Shown here piece by piece: positions 50,354 to 64,000 of a stretch of DNA of 64,000 nt. Both the position numbers and the translations under genes were made by a program. A model generated the notes under the pieces. It worked only from the letters and a program-made list of their open reading frames with translations. It had not been told where the DNA came from and made no database searches. Source of the DNA: Tubiluchus corallicola (taxonomy: Eukaryota; Animalia; Priapulida). How positions within the stretch are numbered: position 1 is the stretch's first letter; each line of letters begins with the position of its first letter. The stretch lies in NCBI GenBank assembly GCA_030141605.1, contig JAQGDQ010000215.1, forward strand, positions 310,314 to 374,313, written 5' to 3'.

Positions 50354-50904
50354 AGGAAGAGCGGATGATTGTTTAGACTCCATGTCATTTTAATTTACTG
50401 TCCAAAATATACATTTTCTTGCCTATAAAAGTTAGCAATTGTTTCTTATATTTGAATAATTAGCTTAGAAAGTTAATTGACGGCAATCGAACACAGCTAT
50501 TGCTTACGTCAGAAAAACTAACCACAGTTTGTGCAATGGCCGGCGTCTTCCCTTGCACTTCAAGCACATTTGCATAAGTGTTACAGTACTGTGTAGACGC
50601 ATGATGTCATGAAAAATGGGCTCTAAATCATATAACGTCTGAAACTAACATTGCAGTTCATGATCATGGTTATCACGGTGCTGCCTTCTATTTGTCGGCG
50701 CCGCGCACTCGACGAAAAGGCGCCGTTGCCAATCTTAGTAGATTCACAGAGCCGCGCGTAGCTTTGAAAGTATAACGAAATTTGAGTATCCGAAGTAATT
50801 ATTATTTAATCTAAGCTTTGATTTAAAATAAGCTATTGTAGTTTTCAATATTTTAGAGCATTCTTTATTCTGAACTCGTGTTTACACATTCGTCCGGTTT
50901 TCCT
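50354..50904. mobile_element. Kolobok-like MITE family B, copy 1
   Basis: TTAA|AGGAAGAGCGGATGATTGT ... ACATTCGTCCGGTTTTCCT|TTAA; colinear with 54192-54729. Confidence 0.85.
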
Positions 50905-50969
50905 TTAACTGTAAGTTAAACCATTACTGCAGCATGCTTTTTCAAATCCTTGTGCTAGCATTACTTGTA

Positions 50970-51167
50970 ATGTCAAACCTCTTTATACCACCTACTTTAG
51001 GGCTGCAAAAAAGTTCGCATTTTAACGCGTTTGGCATTATAACGAGGTTCGTTAATAAATATGTATGTTTATGCAAAATGCAAATATAGATATTTTGTTT
51101 TGCTAAAAATTTGGGCATTAAGCAAGGTTTGCATTGTAAATGGGGCTGTTATAACGAAGTTTGACTG
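50970..51167. mobile_element. Small Tc1/pogo-like MITE
   Basis: GTCAAACCTCTTTATA ... GTTATAACGAAGTTTGACTG|TA imperfect TIRs. Confidence 0.65.
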
Positions 51168-51868
51168 TATTACCTGTAGTTTCGATCATCACGCAAAAAC
51201 AGGTTGTCTAACACTGCAGGTAAAATTAGTTGTGCATTCTGTGGTTCTATAGTTGAATCATTTTACTTATGAATGTTTGCCGCCTGTGTTTTTCAAAATG
51301 CAGATTTTCAACCAGCATTAGATAAGATTCCAAAAAGTTTTTCATCACGAGAGTAATTCTTGTTTTAGATTTGGATTGTGTTGTACAATTTCATTTTCGT
51401 AAGTTACATACTGTTGTTACATGTATGATTTTATAGTATATTGTAAACTCGTGGTTTATGAATGTTAATAAAATTTTAATCATGGCAGTTTACTAAAATC
51501 TTTTTGTACCACCAGCATATGACGTCGTCTTGCTAGAATTACACCTAAGCTGAAATAGTAATAATCAAGTGACCTTGTTGCTTTACAATTAAAAAGTCAT
51601 ACCTTACACAGTCACTATAAAATTAATCGTGAAGTCACAAAATTATACTAATGAACTAAAAAGAAAACAAGTAGTTCGTAGACTCTGCACATTCTTATTC
51701 GGGGGTGTTGTGTAAATGCTCTAAATAAGCTAACTGCGCTAGTGATTAGTGACTCAGTGAGTTTGCGGAAGTTACTTTTTCAGAGCATTATTGGATTCTT
51801 AGAGGATGAGGGCGAACTAGCTTTTTAGCGGTGCGTCAAGCGAGAGGTCGTGCAATATTCGCAGCAAG

Positions 51869-54800
51869 ATGTCAGCTTCTTTGGTTCGTAAAGGATTGGA
51901 CCTATTTAGTGATGACTTTGTTTCTACCAGTTCTGGTAATTCTAACTCTTATTGAAAAGCTATGTTATGATTACGTCCTTAAGTGTACACCAGTTGTTTT
52001 GTTATGTTTCATTTTCTGATTTTTTTTCTGGCAAATATATCTTGTCTAGCAATCCTAAAACTCTTGATTGATAAAATATGTTTAGCATTTATGACCAACG
52101 ACTTCAGGCAGTTTTTTCTTTTATAAAACGTGACTTGGATATCGTTGGCACGTATTGTGAGATTAGTATTTTGATATGTATCGTATCACATGATCTAGGT
52201 GCATCGCTACTACTAGCTTGGGTTTAACCCATCATTTAACCCATTGGCTTATTAAATTTAAATTACTTTTGACCAATAATTTTATTGAGCATAGCCTTGA
52301 AAAGCTTTGAATTTGTGGTTGTTCGAGGCATGCAAAAGCATGAAGATGACGTTACAGGTTGCTAAACATTGCTATTTTAAGCTTTTAAATATCAACGCAG
52401 CGAGTTGATATTTGCATGACTTTCTTATAGGTATGAAATTTTAGTAACAGTGACAGTTTTAGTAAGGTAGGCATGCTGGTTGTGTTGATTACTGCAATTT
52501 ACTTTTGCAAGCAGCAGTGCTATATTATTAAAGTAAGTTGCTTATGAAATCTAAACAGCCTCAAACTCAGTTAAGGCCATATTTCCATACACCCCATTAA
52601 CACTGCACACAACTACACCATGCTGCAGTGTGTGTAATACAAACATGACTGAAAAAAAAGAAATATGTTTGCAATTGGATAAGCCTACAATTGTATTTGG
52701 GGCATTGTAGATGAAAGTATTCTTTAAGCTATGTAAGGCAGATATGATCTGATATTTATGCTACTTTTTGTAATGGCACGACACTGCCAAATTTTTGTAT
52801 ATAACAAAAATGTTTTCTTTTGGTGTTGAATTTGTGGGTCTGCAGATTGTTCATCAAGTTTATAGTTTGCCCAGTCGATCAAGATTTGAAACACATGGCA
52901 TTCAACAGCTAGTCAAGTCTAAAAAATCTGTATTCGAAGAAGTTGATGGGAACTGCGTGTTTAGGAACTGTTCAGTGAAAGTTGCATGAAGTAATGTCAA
53001 GTGCTCATTTGTAATAAACTGGCAAATCATAAATTTAATTTTCTTTCAGAGCATCCCAGTACAAAGGGAAAGAAAAAATTAAAAAGCAAGAAGAAACAAA
53101 TTTCTCAACAAGAGAGGAAAATGAAGTTTGCACTGGGTATGTGTGAATAGTGTAGTTCTACAGTTTGAGAAGTATAGAAACCTACCAATCTACATTTATA
53201 TAAGTACATTTTTTGATACTCACTAATTACAACAAGCTGTTATACTATTCAGTGTCTTTGTCTTTATTCAATAACTTTTGTAGTCAGTTACCGAGTAGCA
53301 TGCAAAGTATTCTTGTGATGTGACTTTTATTCGCAGAATTACCTTATTGTCTCTATTTTTGTTGATATAATTTACTGACTTTAATTCCATACATTTTGTA
53401 ACCTATTGAGAGAGACAAATAAAAAATTTGAAGTTGAATTTGAATACCCTTCTCTGCAACAGGCTTATGCTGCAGGTTGACATTTTTTCTTTTACAGATG
53501 AATATTTGAAGCATAGGTCTCCAGATTACACGGAAGAAAATTTGAAATACATCAAGCGAATTTCAAAGAAAAAGATAAAGTCAGCGAAAATAAATAAGGT
53601 ACATTTTCACTTGATTGATTTTGTTTTCTGTGGCTTGATTCCAAAATTATGACTAACAAACAATCGCAGAACAGTTGTTTATAAATCATTTTTCCTCTGG
53701 GTCTCTTATCTGCGGAATTCCCAGTCAGAAAATCATTTCACGGACAACTACAACCTCATTCACTTCAGGAAGTACGTTAACAGATACTTGGGGGTTCTTA
53801 AAGTTAGCAAATTAATTGTGTCAATTCTGTATTTCTGGACCTGTATTTGTATTTCTACTGTAGCAACTGACCCTGAGTGGCCACTGGCATTGTTTTGAGT
53901 GAGTTTTATAAAAAAATAACTGCAGCTCAGCAAAGCAAGTTAAAAAGCTTAAATATTTTTCACACTGGAAATGCAGCACTTATCATTTGTATTTGAGGCA
54001 GCTGCGTGTGAGTTCGTTTGATTATCTTTCAATTTACAACTGAAAATTAACAAATAATCAGTTTCTCCAAGTGTTTGCTAATCTCCGTTTTGAGTAAACT
54101 GAATTTTTCAATGCAAGTTCAAGTTGATAATTTAAAAAAAAGTCAGCACAGATCATAAACTTCAAATTTATATGGATCAAATTATTCTTAAAGGATTGAT
54201 TAGACTCACTCTCATTTTAATTTACTGTCTAAAATATACATTTTCTTGTCTATAAAAGTTAGAAGTTGTTTCTTATATTTGAGTAATTAGGTTGGAAAGT
54301 TAATTAACGGCAACCAAACACAGCTATCACTTACATCACAAACTAAACACAGTTTGTGCAACGGTAGGCATCTTCCCGGTGCGTCAAGCACATTTGCGTA
54401 AGCAAAGATTGCTATAAGACCCTGATGTAATGTCACAAAAATGAATTCTACATCACACTGACATCACAGACGAACACTTGCAATTCACGTTCGTGCTTAT
54501 CATGGTACCGCTCCTATTTGTATGCCACACAAATGTGGCAAAAAGCTGCCATTATCAGTCTTAGTGGATTCTCTGAGCCGAGCGTAACTTTGAAAGTTAA
54601 ACAAATTTAACTGCCCGAGATAATAATTATTTAATCCAAGCTTTGATTTGAAATAGGTGTTGTAGTTTCCAATATTTTAGAGCATACTTTATTTTTGAAC
54701 TAATGTTTACACATTCGTCCGGTTTTCCTTTAAGTGTGATAGTTTATCAGCACAAAAACTCTTAATAGTTTCTTGAAGAGTATGTTACTTGTGGTGCATA

Positions 54801-55502
54801 CACGTGGATTCACTTTTGCCGGTTCCAGATCAAATCCAGATCTGTATGTGCCAAGTGGGTAATTTCAGACTTTGATGTTCTGTAATTTTTAACACTTGAT
54901 CCTCACTTGATTTAAGCCAAAAAAAACGCCAAAGTTTGCTTTCGGAAGTAGATAAGTCTAAATTTTTAACAGACATTTTTGCAGCAATAGTGGTATCCTT
55001 TGCGCTGTTTGCTTGAAGGAACCACAACGTGAAGATTACTGGTATCGTTTGCACTGGAAGCTTGGCGCCATAAAAACTACGCTATACTTTTGTAAATTTC
55101 TGAAGATTTTAATAGAAATCTTTCAAATGCTTTAAAAAATTAGGACTATTCAGGTAATCAAACTGTTGTTCTTTTTCTTAGCCACTCTAATTTTTCTTAC
55201 AATCGGTGCGCAATTGGTAGTTTTACACATAGAAAAAATATGAATACATACAGTGCAAAATTCAAGAAAATTTTTTGTCTGATTGTATTCGGATCCGGTA
55301 TATCCCTAAAAAATACTCTTGATTGTAGGCTCTGTTTATAAAACGTCTTTCCTGTTTGCTTTTTCAGATAATGGAACATCACAATAAAAACAATTTAAAG
55401 CTGGACGACCAAAGGTCAGAGGAGAAAAAGCAACAGCAACAAACAACAGTGTTCGCTGAAGAAGATTTTCAAAAATTTTCTGTGGAGTACATGACGAGCT
55501 GA
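51869..55502 (+). CDS. RPS19BP1: Active regulator of SIRT1 (AROS) / ribosomal protein S19-binding protein 1, 4 exons, 129 aa
   Basis: Exons 51869-51935 (MSASLVRKGLDLF), 53050-53136 (basic segment, ..KFAL), 53498-53598 (DEYLKHRSPDYTEENLKYI), 55368-55502 (TTVFAEEDFQKFSVEY*). Matches remembered AROS blocks MSAALLRRGLELL, SALDEY..D....NLKFL and TVFTEEDFQKFQQEY. 390 nt in frame, all GT-AG. Confidence 0.9.
54192..54729. mobile_element. Kolobok-like MITE family B, copy 2 (RPS19BP1 intron 3)
   Basis: TTAA|AGG ... CGTCCGGTTTTCCT|TTAA; same orientation as and colinear with 50354-50904. Confidence 0.85.
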
Positions 55503-56376
55503 TGTTTTGTAGATGAATCCATTCCTTTTTTACTGTACTTTTGTCTTTTTCAGTTTCAAATGGAGTCAAATCGTAATTGTAATACTAATTGTAATACCTA
55601 AATGATAACATTGATTTCCTAAAGATATGAATCATACAGTTTCAGCTGATTTATCAAGTTACCTTAGCAGAGTGTTTCACACAGAGTAGTTTATGCATGG
55701 ATGTTGTGTGCTCATTGCTCATTTTGCTTGGATGCTGCTGTGCATTATCATGTAATGATATGATATCATATCAAGTCTTTAGGGGGTAAGCATGTCACTA
55801 CAAACGCTGGCTAACACTTCATAATGCGTTAAAAACATGGAAATCGACTTCTGGCTTTTAGCAGATTTCTCACTAGTCTATACAGTTTGATTAAGTGTCA
55901 TGTCAATTAGGCTAAATTACAATTTGTTTTCATTTAACTGTGCATCATTATTACCCCACGTTACCCACCATTACCAATATTAAAGTGCATCGGCCCGATA
56001 TCCGATCTGTTCCGATATGGAAGTTCGTTTGCCGATTGCAGACTATTTATCAGATCAGCACTCCCCTGGGTGTCCACAAAACAGACGAGGTAATACAATA
56101 ATATTTGACCTTGTGTGTGTCTGTAATATATGCTTATAACATGTATGTGTTTATGTATGTATATGTGTGCGTACCCATAAACATGTGCTTATAGCATATG
56201 CGGATATGTTTACGTACCAAATAAATTTGTATATAAAAGTTATTTTGTTTAAAAAAACCTTTGTTGTGAAACATTTATTTGTTGTGAATGCATTAGAATG
56301 TAATTAAACTAGAAGAAGTAGACACAGGCTTATCTGTAAACGTGCAGTCCAAATGCGCTCGCAAGAGAGAGTTTTG

Positions 56377-57162
56377 CTGGTTACGTATGCAACACATTTG
56401 TTGAATCTGTGGTTTGGATGTGTTTACGTAGCTCACAGAGACACTGGTTACGTATGCAACACATTTGTTGAATCTGCGGTTTGGATGTGTTTACGTAGCT
56501 CACAGAGACACTGGTTACGTATGCAACACATCTGTTGAATCTGTAGTTTGGATGTGTTTACGTAGCTCACAGACACTGGTTACGTATGCAACACATTTGT
56601 TGAATCTGCGGTTTGGATGTGTTTACGTAGTTCACAGAGACACTGGTTACGTATGCAACACATTTGTTGAATCTGTAGTTTGGATGTGTTTACGTAGCTC
56701 ACAGACACTGGTTACGTATGCAACACATTTGTTGAATCTGTAGTTTGGATGTGTTTACGTAGCTCACAGACACTGGTTACGTATGCAACACATTTGTTGA
56801 ATCTGCGGTTTGGATGTGTTTACATAGCTCCCAGACACTGGTTATGTATGCAACACATCTGTTGAATCTGTAGTTTGGATGTGTTTACGTAGCTCACAGA
56901 CACTGGTTACGTATGCAACACATCTGTTGAATCTGTAGTTTGGATGTGTTTACGTAGCTCACAGACACTGGTTATGTATGCAACACATCTGTTGAATCTG
57001 TAGTTTGGATGTGTTTACGTAGCTCACAGACACTGGTTACGTGTGCAACACATTTGTTGAATCTGCGGTTTGGATGTGTTTACATAGCTCCCAGACACTG
57101 GTTACGTATGCAACACATTTGTTGAATCTGTAGTTTGGATGTGTTTACGCAGCTCCCAGACA
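56377..57162. repeat. Minisatellite, 65/67-bp unit, about 12 copies
   Basis: Unit CTGGTTACGTATGCAACACATTTGTTGAATCTGTAGTTTGGATGTGTTTACGTAGCTCACAGA(GA)CA; periods of 67 and 65 checked. Confidence 0.96.
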
Positions 57163-60100
57163 ATGTGCACCAATCGTATGCAGGTTAATGCTTAATTAAT
57201 AGTAATTTTTGTACAGTTGAGTACTTTGCTAGCTGTAATCTTAACACTTGTATGACTTAACACTAGGTTTACTTGATGTAGATACTGTGCCATTTATACA
57301 CTTTGCCCATAGTAATTCTTACCAGAACACTTCACCAGTGCCTTTGTTTTTGTCTTTGCAGACATCAGCTCACAATGTTTATCGGAAAACTCTTTGCCAA
57401 TGTGCATTTCACCAGTGCACACTTTGCCGTTGTACATTTTGTAAGCGTACACTTTGCTAGTGTACATTTTGCCACAGAGCTCTTTGTCATTGTAGGTATT
57501 GCCAGTGAGAACTTTGTAAGTGAAGTGTAGTGAAACAGGCACTGTAATTACACTGCTTTTAATAACAAATAATTTACTCTGATGTGAAGGTGTAAATATT
57601 TCATTTTTAGTGATTTGCAGCGACTACAAACAGTAGAAGACAATTCATTGCAAAATTAAAGATATGGCCATGACTGAGAACTAGCATATATAGACTATAT
57701 TGAAATTAATTAATGATAACTGATGTTGTTAGAGTCTTTGTCAGTTATTAGACAGGATGAAATCCCCAAAGAAAATTATAACAACAATGTCATGAGCAAT
57801 GAATCTACAACATCATAATTGCAGGAGAAAACCGAACTACGGAGGTGGCGTGATTCAAGGACCGAAAAAGTCACAAAACTATTATAGCTCACGAAAGAGC
57901 AAGATACTAATGTATTGAAATTTTAAAAGCGACTATAGTAATAAACTAAATCAGTAAATAGGTGGCAGCACTGTGTTGGTATTTGAAAAATAAACAAAAA
58001 CCCTAAAGGGTTATGCACGCACTACATCTTAAATTACGATAGGAACCGTAGAAATTGTTCTCTTCTGATGTGCATGCACTAGATTCATTTACTACATTCA
58101 TAATTTGCAGAAATGCGTAGGAATAACTTATTATTTCGAGTATCGCTTCACAGATGGCAGCAGTAGGCTTATAAAGCTGTTAAAATGGGTTTCATAGAAA
58201 CAAGGCGAAGAGTTTTTTGTTTGACGGATTATAACAACAAAACGACCTTCCAGCACTGTACTTTTAACTGAAAAAAACGGATTAAAGTTATAACGGTGAA
58301 AATGAAATATTCCAAAATCTTGTGAGTTCAAACTAACTTACTGTGGCTGGTTTCAGACCACCTGTAGCTTCAGTAAAACTGAAATTGTGGTAGATGTTTC
58401 CGTGTAAGAGCATCACGAAATGTTGGAAATGCGCTGACATGTAACGTGGAACACCGACATTGGATTTACAGATGCCTCACAAGGACTTGCTCACAATGCT
58501 TCGGCGCCCTCTCATCGTTGCACTTTTGTATTAGACATAGACATAGACATTTTTATTTATCTCCTCATTTACACCATAGTATACAAATTCACTATTATTT
58601 TTATAGTTATTGATTAAAAAGGATAAATTAAACATAAAGGAAAGAGTTAGGGGGTTGTAGGAGAAAGGGTAGCGAAAGACCAATTGGTCATCGAGTCAGC
58701 TACCCTTCTCAGGTTAGTGTAAATTTTAAAAAATTTTGTAGTGCTGCTGTTAACATGAATTTATGGCGGAATACATTAAACATGAAAGCGAAATAACTAA
58801 ATAAACTATGCAACAAAGAAATAAAATGAAAAATATGGAATGATGATTAACAAAATGTAGAGCATTTAACTAATCGATTAAAACATAAAAACTAGAAACA
58901 AGTCAAACCAAAAAAACATAAATAATAAATCAGTGAATGAAACAAAATATGCATGATAAACTCAAACAAAATATAATGAAACAAAGATATGCAACCGTAT
59001 CAAATTATATTAAGCCTAATGATAAAATACTATGGAATGCAAGAGCTAGTGCAGAAAAGTGGGGCAAACAAAATATATACTGAAATTTGAGTATGGCTCA
59101 AAAAATATAATAAAACTTAATGATAACTGTGAAACAATGAGCAAAATAATCATAATAAAGTCGATATATATGATCATCATTAACATGATTAGTTGTTCCA
59201 GTTGGTATAGTTTTTTGTTAGATAAATTTAAGCGCAATGTTTTTTTATTTATATCCTATTCATTTGACTATGTGGAACAAGCAAAACTGTAATAATTGTG
59301 TAATGCGTGTAAACATGTCACTAGTATCGGTGGACAATTTATGCGTTGCTAGTATTTTCTGATATTATGTATTTATGATCATTAGATTGACGAATGCACG
59401 GCAATATGTTATTGCATTTATTGTAAAGTCATTGTATAAGTTACTAGTTGCAGGAATGCTGCCTTCAGTTTAAAATAAAAAAGCCTTGTTGTTTTTAGTC
59501 TTTCTCGGTGAAGCTCATTGTGTCAATTTGGTCAATTGATTATGCCATCTGTGTAAATGATTAGATTCTTAACCTTTAATAATTGATTAATTAATTATGC
59601 GTACTTTTGTTATTTTGTAACTAGCCAGTTGGCTTCTTAGTGGGTTTGTTGTACTTGCTTATTAATAATAGTTCATTTATTTTGCGTAACCTAGTTGGCT
59701 TGCAAGTTTGCTGTGTTTGTAAGGTTCAAAATATGGAAAATAGTTCTGTAATGTTTAATCTAAATTGACTCGAACATGTCTGTCCTGTACATGCTAACAT
59801 GCTCTGTAGCGTTTAGTAAAGTGCTTATCCTTCCCTTGTGTGTATGCTTAAAGAAGCATGCAATCCTTGTCCGCTTCCTTTATTCCGTCCCTTGTTCACA
59901 TAACGCTCCCGTTTTAAGTTGGTTGCTGGAAACTTTGTTTTGTGATGCTGATGCCTACTCCATTTAGTTACTGAATACTAGTGATAACCTATGTGCTTTC
60001 AGTGAAAGTACTAATGTTCTTGTTTATGAAAATATGTTGGTTCCCCTCCTACTGCTTCCCCTATTTTTCCATAGTACTGTTCCCACAAAATTCTGTGTAG

Positions 60101-60972
60101 AGTCTGATTACAATGCCTTAGTTATTCTAATAATAATTATGCAGTTGACAATTATATTAATATCATTGCATCGAGAATTGTTACAGCCATTCTTGTACCT
60201 TGAGCACAATAAACATTCTCAGAACACAAACGTTTTGTTTTTTTGCTGCAGTTTTAGTGTTTTATTATTAATATTAAATAAATAAATATTAACACTATTT
60301 TTAACTCTGTAACAAGAAAAATAAAGTTACAATAAACTTATAATACAAGTATGAGCCAATGAGCGAACAGCAATCCATACAGTTTAATCGCGAAAGGAAA
60401 TCAATTGCTCTAATAAGTATTGCAATATTTTATGCTAGTACATTTAATAAAGCATAAAGCATAATATTCGCCTTGCTTTGCCTTGAATGGAATGTTTGAA
60501 AACAGACAAAAAAATGACAATAAATGACTAATAAACTAGATTCAACAATTATCGATGAATAACAAGTATCTAGCAGCTTTTGTAAGATTATAACCTGCTA
60601 GCATGGTTTCAGATCTGTGAATTGAAAACTATGAAATTAGTTTGTTACACATCTGAAAGACAAATAGGTGAAATGCATCAAATATAACGAAATAAACATA
60701 GAACAAAATACTGAAAACACCTTTGGCTTGCATAACCCAAAATTAACACCATTGAATACACTTATATTTTATAGCACAATATTTTATTGTATATTTTATA
60801 TACTTGAAATAAGGCTTTTGGAGTATAATGTCCTCCTTTATCAAACATACTATTCACACTATTGTCCTACAGTTCATAAGTAACTATGAATTTATCACTA
60901 CAGCGTTAGCACAAGAAACTAGTTTACTTTTTATGCCGACGCAAAATTCTAAAACTATTGTTAAACAATAAT

Positions 60973-61338
60973 TAGGGGTGAGCATTCTCTACCAGAAAGC
61001 GAATTCGAATCGAACCGAATTTGTGACTTTCGAATTCGAATCGAATCGAACTTCAGTGTTTCGAATTCGAATTGAGATTGAACGATTTTCGAACAAGTTT
61101 TCGAACCACCAGTAAAAATTAATCTTACAAAGATCATGCGTATCACTAGATTTTGTTCTGCAATAAAACGACTAGTAATTTGTTTAAAATTGTGCACAGA
61201 AATTACTGCTAAATTATGCTAATTGCATGTTGCTTCAATCGTTTTAGTGATCAGGAACATATGTGATTGAAGTGCTGAATTATTCGAATCTATAGTTTTG
61301 GATTCGAATCGAATTCGAACGTTCGATGCTCACCCCTA
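60973..61338. mobile_element. hAT MITE with perfect 8-bp TSD
   Basis: ACAATAAT|TAGGGGTGAGCAT ... ATGCTCACCCCTA|ACAATAAT; subterminal (TCGAA)n motifs. Confidence 0.93.
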
Positions 61339-62694
61339 ACAATAATTAGAAAATTGCTATTGATAAACAATGTGCACGATAGAAGAAAAGTTATTGCTTG
61401 TATACTAACCGCAGACCGCCGTCGTCATTATAATGTGTTGAATAACAGAGTGCGAGGGAAATTTCTAAATGCGAAGTAAGAATGAATGACATTGAAAATA
61501 ACAATAAATTAGAGACTCTAAAATAAATTGCTGTAAAAATGAATACACAGACATTGTAAATAATAATAAATGGGTATAAAGTGACTGAATACTACAAACT
61601 AGCAAAAACTGTACGAGATAACGTAGAAGGTTACTCAGGATACAGGAGATAATCAAAAAGTATATATATTTATACATAACTTCTCATTCTTCCAGCTTGT
61701 TCTTTATGTTTTGAAAATATTTGTAATTATAATATATTATATGATAAAAGTATGGATCATTATAATACATTATAATCACAGCAATTTTCAAATACAAGAG
61801 CAAAAACCTACAACTGGTAATACAACATTGCGTAATGTTTTGAGTGTGGAATACGTACTATAGGAATGTAAATAATTAAATAGCAAAAAATAAATAAAGT
61901 TTCACACACAAAAAGGCCAAAAATATGATCAAACATGAAGCAAAATGGCGTAGACAAAGAAATATTCACAAGAATACACAATCCATTATCGTTTAATTAA
62001 TGAATCATGTTAAAATCTTTGGCATTCTTAACTAGAAAAAAATGCACCGTCCCAGAGGTTAAGTTAAATAATAACTCCAACTCTACACTCAAGTGTATAG
62101 ACTAATTACACTTTTAACTCTTGTATATGTAGTCTTACGTAAAAACAAGAAACTGGTATAAGACAATTCGCAAACACACATAAATGCTATAAATGAAAAT
62201 GAATCATACTACCAAACTATCTACTTTTCCACTTTGCATATGTATGCATTCAAATAACTCACAGAAGTAGAACAGACCGAGATCAACTTTCTTTTGCAAA
62301 AATAATTAATGCAAATATAAAATTTAGTAGCATATAGTCTATATTCGCACTGTCTTTACATATAAAAATAAACAGATAGAGCAAGAACACATAATATGCA
62401 AATATTTACTTTGCAAGAAAATTCGTGCTGAAAACTTAATTTAAATAGTTGTTTTACTTCACAGGCGCGTCATTCACATGTCAGTTTCGGTTAAATGGAA
62501 AGAAAAGGCAATTTTTAAGTATGTCTTAAAATACCTACTTTACAAAGTTATATTACTTAGCATTACGCTGACTTGTTCAAAAGACTTTGCAACCAGGAAA
62601 GAAAATTCATAGCAATTTAAAATGTTTGCGCCTACTTGTAAAATGTCGCTACCTCATCTTCTCAGTGTGCACTACTGAGTCACCGAGAAAATTT

Positions 62695-62960
62695 TTTTTT
62701 AATCTTATTGACAAGATACAGCAATTTATACCTTTTCTTAGTTATTGAAGAGTGCGCTATGTACACATTGATTATTTTTTCAAACTTTATGCAAAGTTAT
62801 CTAAACTTATTTCAAACGAGTTATCGTTAAAACAGCGGCGCCTAATGGTCATCGCAGGAGTTTAAATTTCCATGTTTTATACAGCTTTACTGCTAATACA
62901 AGCTCTGTGCGCCATACGGCAGTATGTAGGTGATACATCAAGATGAATTCTTTAGCTTTA
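62695..62960. repeat. Dispersed repeat, copy 2 (see 29630-29876)
   Basis: Colinear shared blocks plus a short insertion. Confidence 0.75.
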
Positions 62961-63179
62961 TATAAATAAAGAGTTTTCCTGTGCCTTAAGGATTTTCAGT
63001 ACACGAGTGAATAAAAACACCCAACGTAAAACAAGCGTGTTTTTAATATATATATTTTTAAACTCTTTTCGCTTCTTATTGAAAGAAATGAAAAATGAGT
63101 GAAAGAAGAAGAATGAGTCACGGCACCGTCCCCATTGAGAAGCCAACACGAATCGTACGCCTTTCCTTGATAGCCTTTA

Positions 63180-63898
63180 GGCCCACTTCACAGAGCGTAT
63201 GCAAGGAAATATAGTGCGCAGAATTGCTGTCACAAAATCAGAAGGTTTTTTTGATAATTTCCGATTTTTTTGGAAATGCCATGCAGCAAGACAGTTCATT
63301 TCACAATGAAATCGCGCGTGTACGGTTTGCTCCATAATCTTGTTTAAATTAAGTTACAATTGCCGTATTTCTTATATACAAAGTACAATTAATAATGTCA
63401 ATGCAATGTCAGACCTGTTTATTTTTTTAGTGAAGTTCTACTAAATCTGAAAAAGTACATATATAAAATAAATATATGCGTGCGTTATTTTTCTTTTTCA
63501 CAAATATAGCCATCAATGTTGCATTAATAAAGCGTAAAATCGTCAGTCTGTTAAAAGAGAGACTGAATCTTATAATTTTGCGCTGAAATGTGTTAACTGT
63601 TGTTCATTAAATAAGAAAGAGGTAATTGAGTAGTTAAACTTAAAACTCAATTCCGCGAGGATTCCTCACGAAAACGGAACATCCAGTATTTCTGCCATGT
63701 GGTAAAATTCCTCACAAGGAGGATGCATAGCTTCTAGCTACCGGCAGAATTGCTCACGAGAAACTGCATAAGAAATTTTCCCGCGTGACCTCACTGTGAA
63801 GTGCACCATAGAAAACATGTGTTCCATTTTCGTGAGGAATTACGCAAGGAATTTCTCCTCGAGTGATTTTGCTGCATGTTCTCACTGTGAAATGGGCC
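63180..63898. mobile_element. PIF/Harbinger-like MITE, copy 2 (inverted relative to 35640-36254)
   Basis: TTA|GGCCCACTTCACA ... TGTGAAATGGGCC; GGAGGATGCATAGCTTCTAGCT is the reverse complement (1 mismatch) of AGCTAGAAGCTATGCGTCCTCC in copy 1. Confidence 0.8.
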
Positions 63899-64000
63899 GG
63901 AGAACTACGAAGAACGGTAGTACTAGATATTGAGATCAGTGTTCTTTACTCAAAACTAAATGCTCTCTTTCACGGTCTTGTTGGTTTCCAATTTTTATTT

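Overview
AT-rich, intron-containing animal (probably invertebrate) genomic DNA, not prokaryotic. Most long ORFs in the supplied track are artefacts of tandem repeats. Reading splice sites by hand gives five intact genes with consistent exon phases: an intronless class A GPCR (+, 9520-10479), a 6-exon HPGD-like short-chain dehydrogenase (-, 22153-28973), a 6-exon cytosolic sulfotransferase with a GC-AG intron (+, 32970-38860), a 7-exon divergent PNPO-family FMN oxidase (+, 44201-49742) and a 4-exon RPS19BP1/AROS (+, 51869-55502). The rest is minisatellites (14-67 bp units), compound microsatellites, non-autonomous DNA transposons (hAT, piggyBac, Kolobok, Harbinger, Tc1/pogo-like), tRNA-derived SINEs and decayed LINEs. 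The main leads are: a PNPO-like enzyme that has lost several substrate-phosphate ligands; its clustering with an atypical SDR, a SULT and an orphan GPCR (possible small-molecule tailoring/signalling locus, inference only); a nested LINE > TIR element > 1.3 kb copy of a SULT intron; and a 41-bp array of splice-signal-like units that ends at the SULT acceptor. All family assignments and human residue numbers come from motif recognition and memory, not from database searches.
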